A stretch of DNA of 33,374 nucleotides, from positions 1-33,374 of IMG/VR virus record IMGVR_UViG_3300032088_000039; one strand, given 5' to 3'. The notes below the pieces were generated by a model. That model saw nothing but the letters and a program-made list of their open reading frames with translations. It had not been told where the DNA came from and did not search any database. The DNA comes from a virus. Lineage: Duplodnaviria > Caudoviricetes. Positions within the stretch are counted from its first letter, which is position 1; each line of letters opens with the position of its first letter. Positions 28,443 through 33,374 of this stretch are shown piece by piece. The position numbers and the translations under genes were made by a program.

Positions 28443-29462
28443 ATGGCAAAAAATATTACTCAATTTATTCCTGGATTTAGTTCAACCTCTGAAATGGTCG
28501 ACAAGTGCGAATTTATGTGGATAGCTACCAGTATGGACGATAACCGCAGTGGGAACGACTACGGCTCGATTTGTGGCAGATGGTGTTGGCAGGCTAATCA
28601 CAAATATAGAGGCGACGTAGAAATAACAGCACGATTTTCAAGTGGTGGCGTAGGCGGTAGCTGTTGTTGTCAGTATGGTGCGGCAGGATTTAGCGGCACC
28701 GTCTTAAATTATAACGCTAAACCAGTTAATTCAGCAGACGCATGCGATCACGCAGAGCTATGCTGGAGAATACCTTATGGCGGTTGTTGCAGGCCTGACT
28801 TTGCAGCAAGCAGCGAAGCTTGTACTGGTTGGTTTAAAGACACAAACGCGTTTGGCAATGATGGTAACGATTACAAATACTGCGCGCCATCTCCATATTG
28901 TATGTGTACAGTGTGTAATGATATGCTAGACAGTTGTGCTCGGTGTAATACTGTAGTTTACAATGACAATATGTGTTACGATATGACCACCTGTGCCGGC
29001 CAATCATCTGGAAACATGTATCATCGCTGTCGACAGCAGTATGTTAACGCTGGAATTAATCTTGCCGACTTTCCTTTTGATTCAGACACGAACATAAAAC
29101 CGGGTAAACCTGGATTCCGAGCATACGCTCAAGAATCATATCATGGCTCTGGCGTGTGCACAGCAACAAGTTGGGCAGAATTTCCTGCTATGCGTGGCGG
29201 CAATAAAGAGCACTTTATAGGTATGCAGACTGGTGGAGAAAATTGTTTTGGAGCGTGGGTACAAGAGTGCATGGAATGTGTTTGGTTTGGCAGAGCACAG
29301 ACAGGCGGTAACTCACAGAACCAGTACAGCAACGTTTGCCTCTGGGGCCGAGCAGCTTATCCTCCCTCCGCCAATGGCAACAATTGCTATTGTGGTTCAA
29401 TGGAGCATGGCGGTAAAGGTTTGCATATGTACTACACATTAACTGAAGAAATTACAGGGTAA
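28443..29462 (+). CDS. Cys/Gly-rich paralogue 2 (type B)
   Basis: MAKNITQFIP, GGVGGSCCCQYGAAGFSG, WRIPYGGCC; about 27 Cys by manual count. Confidence 0.72.
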   Translation: MAKNITQFIPGFSSTSEMVDKCEFMWIATSMDDNRSGNDYGSICGRWCWQANHKYRGDVEITARFSSGGVGGSCCCQYGAAGFSGTVLNYNAKPVNSADACDHAELCWRIPYGGCCRPDFAASSEACTGWFKDTNAFGNDGNDYKYCAPSPYCMCTVCNDMLDSCARCNTVVYNDNMCYDMTTCAGQSSGNMYHRCRQQYVNAGINLADFPFDSDTNIKPGKPGFRAYAQESYHGSGVCTATSWAEFPAMRGGNKEHFIGMQTGGENCFGAWVQECMECVWFGRAQTGGNSQNQYSNVCLWGRAAYPPSANGNNCYCGSMEHGGKGLHMYYTLTEEITG

Positions 29463-29467
29463 AAATA

Positions 29468-30529
29468 ATGGCAAAAGTATATACTGAAATATTACCCGCG
29501 GTTTTTCCGACAGAAGGTGTCACAAATTCCGAAGGATTTAGAGATCGTAAGTTATTAACTTTCCAAGCGCCGCACGATCTAGCGCGGGACCAGTGGACAA
29601 GCTATTATGGTTCAGATGCTGATAGTCCTACGCGGTTGATTTGGGTCATTCCAACTGGCGTGAGCAAAGCAAAGTTTGAGCTTTGGGGTGGCGGAGGCCA
29701 TGGAGCCGGGGCAAGTTGTTGCCAAATGGGAGCACCTGGAGGGTCAGGTGCATATGCACATAAAGAAATTGACGTAACACCGGGCGAAAGATACGTGCTT
29801 TGTCTTGGCAATTATGAGCACTTTTGTTGTACACACCGTGCTTGTTGTAGCGGTATGAGCCCTTCGACAATTAGCCAAGGATGTATGATAAAGCAGATCG
29901 GCCATAAAGGTGCTACGGCTTGGGTATCAGGCAGCGGACTAACAAACTTCTGTGCCGAAGGCGGTAATCCTGGAGTTGTTGCATTTTGTCCTGGAACTAA
30001 CTGTCATGATGTAGAATGTAGATCTTGCTGTTACTGTTGGACAACTTGTGAGTTTTTTACAGGTGGTCCAGCCGGTACTACTTGTTCTTGTTATAGTGGT
30101 GGTCCTCAGATCAGATCCCTTGACAGCGATGGGGACATAATGCGTTGTGCTTGTTACTTCGGCGCGGACGGCGGCGAGAGAGGAACACGCGGTTATATGA
30201 GAACTAGCTGTTGTGGCATCAGTGCTGATGCATCAATGTGCGGTGGACGAATTGGCGTACCATGGGCAGGCGGATACTGGGATAGACCTGGTCGGACGGC
30301 CAGAGGCGGCATAATGGAAATGTCAGGCGGCATGTGTTGCCACTGCTGTGGCGGATATGGCGGCCCGTGGGCGCAGTGCGCGCTTAATGGCACATTTGGT
30401 GGCAACGGCACGACCAATCATGCCAACATGATGCGAGGCATGGGTGGTACATCGTCTGTTGCAATGGACGGTACAAGTTGTTGTGGTCAACGCGGCGGGC
30501 CTTCTGCCATCTGGATAAGTTATTGTTAG
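29468..30529 (+). CDS. Cys/Gly-rich paralogue 3 (type A)
   Basis: WVIPTGVSKAKFELWGGGG, SCCQMGAPGGSGAYAHK, GLTNFCAEGGNPG, YFGADGG, PWAGG; about 31 Cys by manual count. Confidence 0.75.
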   Translation: MAKVYTEILPAVFPTEGVTNSEGFRDRKLLTFQAPHDLARDQWTSYYGSDADSPTRLIWVIPTGVSKAKFELWGGGGHGAGASCCQMGAPGGSGAYAHKEIDVTPGERYVLCLGNYEHFCCTHRACCSGMSPSTISQGCMIKQIGHKGATAWVSGSGLTNFCAEGGNPGVVAFCPGTNCHDVECRSCCYCWTTCEFFTGGPAGTTCSCYSGGPQIRSLDSDGDIMRCACYFGADGGERGTRGYMRTSCCGISADASMCGGRIGVPWAGGYWDRPGRTARGGIMEMSGGMCCHCCGGYGGPWAQCALNGTFGGNGTTNHANMMRGMGGTSSVAMDGTSCCGQRGGPSAIWISYC

Positions 30530-30539
30530 GAAATATGTA

Positions 30540-31547
30540 ATGGCAAAAAATCTCGCAAGTATAGTAAAAAACGTCAAGCCCGGTGGCGTAACTGGTACAA
30601 TCGACCAAACACAGAAAAAAGTTCACGTATGGGAAAACGTAGGCGAACAGGGCATCATGCAAGGCATCCACGGGCAGGGCGAATACAGTTGCGGCTATTG
30701 CCGAAGTTGCTATATCTACTGTGTTCCAGGCGTTGCGCGTCCTGGTGCAGGCTCCTGTGACCGCAATAGCGCACCGAACAGAGTTAAGTTTGAAATCTGG
30801 GGCGCGGGCGGATATGGCGCTCAGCCGTGGAATTGCGGTATAGCTGTTCCTTCTGGTGCCGGTGCATATGCGTATAAAACAATATGTAATTCGGATGTCG
30901 TGGCAAACAACTGTTATCTAATTAGACTTGGTTACACGTGGTGTTGTCTGCCTAACGCTGGTTCAGGCGATAATGTGACTCCAAACACTGAATATCGCGA
31001 GCTCAATTGCACAACTCACATTACAGGCAACGGCTTAACAAACTTCTGTGCCGAACCTGGAAGAGGCACAACAATACGTTGCTGTAACTTTAACGCTACA
31101 TGTTTTGATAGTGACAATGCTAGAATTTGGACACTTGACAGTCATGACCAAGGTGGCCTTGGCCCACAAGCAGCGTATTATGGAGCAGATGGCGGTTCTA
31201 AAGGCAAACTTGGTTATATCACCAAAAAGCCAGGAGCACCGGCTGACAATCCACTTTCATATATGCAACATGTCCCATATGCTGGCGGGAAAATTGATAA
31301 ATGTGGCGGACACTTTATCTACAGCAATGTTAGATATGGACATGGCGGAGATTTGAATCCGGGTCAGGATTACACAGAACAATGGAAATGCGTTGACGCT
31401 CTTTACCATGGTGTTGCGAATCATTCACCTTCATATTACACGGCTGGTCAAGGTTGGCCTGGCGGACATACATGTGGCGGTGCAAGCCCGTGTTCTGGTA
31501 ACACTCCGGGTCGCGTAAAAATCACTGCTTGGTATGAGGAGGAATAG
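30540..31547 (+). CDS. Cys/Gly-rich paralogue 4 (type A)
   Basis: FEIWGAGG, SGAGAYAYK, GLTNFCAE, YYGADGG, PYAGG, GRVKITAW; about 19 Cys by manual count. Confidence 0.75.
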   Translation: MAKNLASIVKNVKPGGVTGTIDQTQKKVHVWENVGEQGIMQGIHGQGEYSCGYCRSCYIYCVPGVARPGAGSCDRNSAPNRVKFEIWGAGGYGAQPWNCGIAVPSGAGAYAYKTICNSDVVANNCYLIRLGYTWCCLPNAGSGDNVTPNTEYRELNCTTHITGNGLTNFCAEPGRGTTIRCCNFNATCFDSDNARIWTLDSHDQGGLGPQAAYYGADGGSKGKLGYITKKPGAPADNPLSYMQHVPYAGGKIDKCGGHFIYSNVRYGHGGDLNPGQDYTEQWKCVDALYHGVANHSPSYYTAGQGWPGGHTCGGASPCSGNTPGRVKITAWYEEE

Positions 31548-31553
31548 TGTGAG

Positions 31554-31561
31554 TATAAATA
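31554..31561 (+). promoter_or_regulatory. T4-type late promoter TATAAATA
   Basis: Exact motif between paralogues 4 and 5, followed by AGGAG SD and ATG 31586. Confidence 0.85.
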
Positions 31562-31585
31562 ACCTAAGTTATAGGAGAATTATTC

Positions 31586-32668
31586 ATGGCTAAAAATTTA
31601 TCACAGTTTATGCCAGCCGTCGTAGCTCCTGAGCAAGTTCCAACCGGATTTGAAGCATTCTTACTACCAGACAAGGCTCAAGGCGATTTTGACGCCAATG
31701 GGCGAGATCAAAATTATAGTGGCCACTGTTTTGTGTGGCGTATAAACCGTAACATGTGTGACATCCGCGTAAAAATTACTGGTGGAGGCCAAGGCGGTGC
31801 AGCCTATTGTTGCTGTCAGCAAGGTCAAACTGGCCTGCCTGGCGTAATGCAATTGTACAGTGTTTGTAATTCTGTCAATTCGAGCGGAAGCGTACCTCCA
31901 GGTTCAACACCAACTGGACCGCTTGGCGAAGATGTAGAAGTCAACGGTGTAAAAGGTCAGCAGCGTCTTATGTTTAGGATTGGTATGGGCGGATGTTGCT
32001 GTTCTACGTGTATCGGCCATGAGAGTTGTTTTTCTATGTTGTGCCATTATTGTACTGGCACAGGCATCACAGAAGATCTGAACACCGGGTTTATTTGCAT
32101 TTGTGCTGGATCGTTTCAATGCGGTGGCAGGACGTCTTGCCAGTGGGGTTACAACAACGACTGCAACAGAGCCGCGATAACAAATCAAGCTGATGCGTTG
32201 AATACCGCTGTTTGCAGTGGTGCCAATTGCGGAACATGCTGTGCCCGTATTGATGGCAAATGTGGATGTACAAAATCTCCAATTTGTGCTGGTTATGACT
32301 GTGCGGAATGTATAGGTTGTGCTCATCCAGGATATAATATGTATAAAGGGCAGTGCTGCTCTGATGGAAGATGCGGTGTATTACAAATGTCGGCAGGTCA
32401 AAATACTGCTTCACCATTTGAATACGGATCACATTATTTAGGCATTGGCCATGGGTGTCAGCAAGAACATAATGCAAATTCTATGTGGTGCCAACTTTGG
32501 AAAAGAATCGGTATTGCTGGCAATAACACTATCAATATAAGGCAGGCAGGCCGAAGTAATGCTGTTCCATCAGGCTGTGCAGGCGGTTGTGCCGGTGGTT
32601 CACAAGATCAGGCTGGATGGGGTTATATACGCTGGAAAGATCCAGGATACGACGGGAAGAAATTATAA
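31586..32668 (+). CDS. Cys/Gly-rich paralogue 5 (type B)
   Basis: MAKNLSQFMP, GGGQGGAAYCCCQQGQTGLPG, FRIGMGGCCC; about 35 Cys in 360 aa by manual count. Confidence 0.72.
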   Translation: MAKNLSQFMPAVVAPEQVPTGFEAFLLPDKAQGDFDANGRDQNYSGHCFVWRINRNMCDIRVKITGGGQGGAAYCCCQQGQTGLPGVMQLYSVCNSVNSSGSVPPGSTPTGPLGEDVEVNGVKGQQRLMFRIGMGGCCCSTCIGHESCFSMLCHYCTGTGITEDLNTGFICICAGSFQCGGRTSCQWGYNNDCNRAAITNQADALNTAVCSGANCGTCCARIDGKCGCTKSPICAGYDCAECIGCAHPGYNMYKGQCCSDGRCGVLQMSAGQNTASPFEYGSHYLGIGHGCQQEHNANSMWCQLWKRIGIAGNNTINIRQAGRSNAVPSGCAGGCAGGSQDQAGWGYIRWKDPGYDGKKL

Positions 32669-33374
32669 TGGCAAAAACACTAAAAAGCTTTTTCCCACAC
32701 CAGATAGAACCTGGTTCTCGGGATATGAAAGACACTGAAGGTTCATCAATTATTTTCCAATTGTGGGGCGGTGATTATACACAAAATGACCAGATACCTG
32801 GTTACTGTTATTGTACTGGTGGCGCATGTTATAATCCTACTGGATATGATTCTGATATTCCACGTTATTATTGGACAGTGCCGGCAGGCATAACCAAAGC
32901 GACATTTGAAGCTTGGGGAATGGGCGGATACGGTGCCGGGGCTACTTGCTGTATGATGGGTGTTCCAGGAGGTTCTGGTGCCTACGCACTTAAAACTATA
33001 GACGTTGTCCCAGGTGATACATATACAATGTGTCTTGGCGATGTAATAGACAATGGTGCGCAGACTACATATATATCCAATTGCGCTAACACCATACAAA
33101 ACAGTGACCCAAGCAGTAATCCTGACCTTGTCAATCACGGAATACGAGGCGCAAAGGCATATGTCACAGGTAACGGTCTAACAAACTTTTGTGCCGAAGG
33201 TGGAAACCCTGGAGTTACACGGCCATATGCATATATAGGTTCAACTGCATGTCGGATGCCCGGTGGCGGTAATCAGGCGTTTCATTGCTGGGTACCTCTG
33301 ACAATGTGTGATATCACACGAAGATCCGTCGGCGATAGTGATAACGACAGATATCAAAGAGCCTGTTACTATGG
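32668..33374 (+). CDS. Cys/Gly-rich paralogue 6 (type A), 3'-truncated and absent from the ORF track
   Basis: TAATG overlap at 32666-32670. Manual translation is open to the window end: MAKTLKSFFPHQ..WTVPAGITKATFEAWGMGGYGAGATCCMMGVPGGSGAYALK..GLTNFCAEGGNPG..GDSDNDRYQRACYY. Confidence 0.8.
   Translation, partial: MAKTLKSFFPHQIEPGSRDMKDTEGSSIIFQLWGGDYTQNDQIPGYCYCTGGACYNPTGYDSDIPRYYWTVPAGITKATFEAWGMGGYGAGATCCMMGVPGGSGAYALKTIDVVPGDTYTMCLGDVIDNGAQTTYISNCANTIQNSDPSSNPDLVNHGIRGAKAYVTGNGLTNFCAEGGNPGVTRPYAYIGSTACRMPGGGNQAFHCWVPLTMCDITRRSVGDSDNDRYQRACYY

Noticed and set aside
366-33138. Numerous short alternative-frame and minus-strand ORFs in the track (e.g. 880-1461, 3389-3820, 22360-22794, 32746-33138)
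   Set aside because: They lie within or opposite well-supported + strand genes, lack recognisable motifs, and look like shadow ORFs of biased codon usage.
27522-33374. Diversity-generating retroelement or invertase shufflon driving the paralogue array
   Set aside because: No reverse transcriptase or recombinase in the window, no template/variable repeat pair differing only at adenines, and all copies are full genes in the same orientation with their own starts.
27522-33374. Cys-rich ORFs as RiPP precursors or eukaryotic contamination
   Set aside because: At 300-360 aa they are too long for typical RiPP precursors. They have SD sites, a T4 late promoter and tight phage-style packing.
1-33374. 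Stop-codon reassignment, introns/inteins, tRNAs or IS elements
   Set aside because: Standard-code ORFs tile the window almost completely. I saw no interrupted genes, homing endonuclease or transposase motifs, or intergenic space large enough for RNA genes.

Overview
The window is a contiguous, entirely + strand late (virion) region of a T4-like myovirus with the gene content and style of marine T4-like phages. Gene order: baseplate wedge gp6 (5'-truncated), a short gp7-like gene, a gp9/gp10-N-terminus protein, gp8, a 1712-aa VrlC/DUF4815-like virion protein and several small virion proteins. An AT-richer, translationally coupled cassette follows (repeat coiled-coil protein, radical SAM with Twitch/SPASM-type tail, GT-A glycosyltransferase, class I methyltransferase, tandem two-domain glycosyltransferase), then a YbaN/DUF454 membrane protein. 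After that come two large fibre/spike genes with small partners and a tandem array of at least six Cys/Gly-rich paralogues running off the 3' end. T4 late promoters (TATAAATA) sit in four intergenic gaps. Main leads: (1) strong Asp-Ser dipeptide enrichment in the fibre proteins beside a glycosyltransferase cassette, suggesting a phage-encoded, sequon-directed virion O-glycosylation/modification system; (2) a near-perfect early/sigma70 promoter on the minus strand firing antisense into that cassette; (3) the Cys-rich paralogue array with conserved anchors and variable loops. All family assignments come from motif recognition by eye and all counts are manual; no database searches were run.
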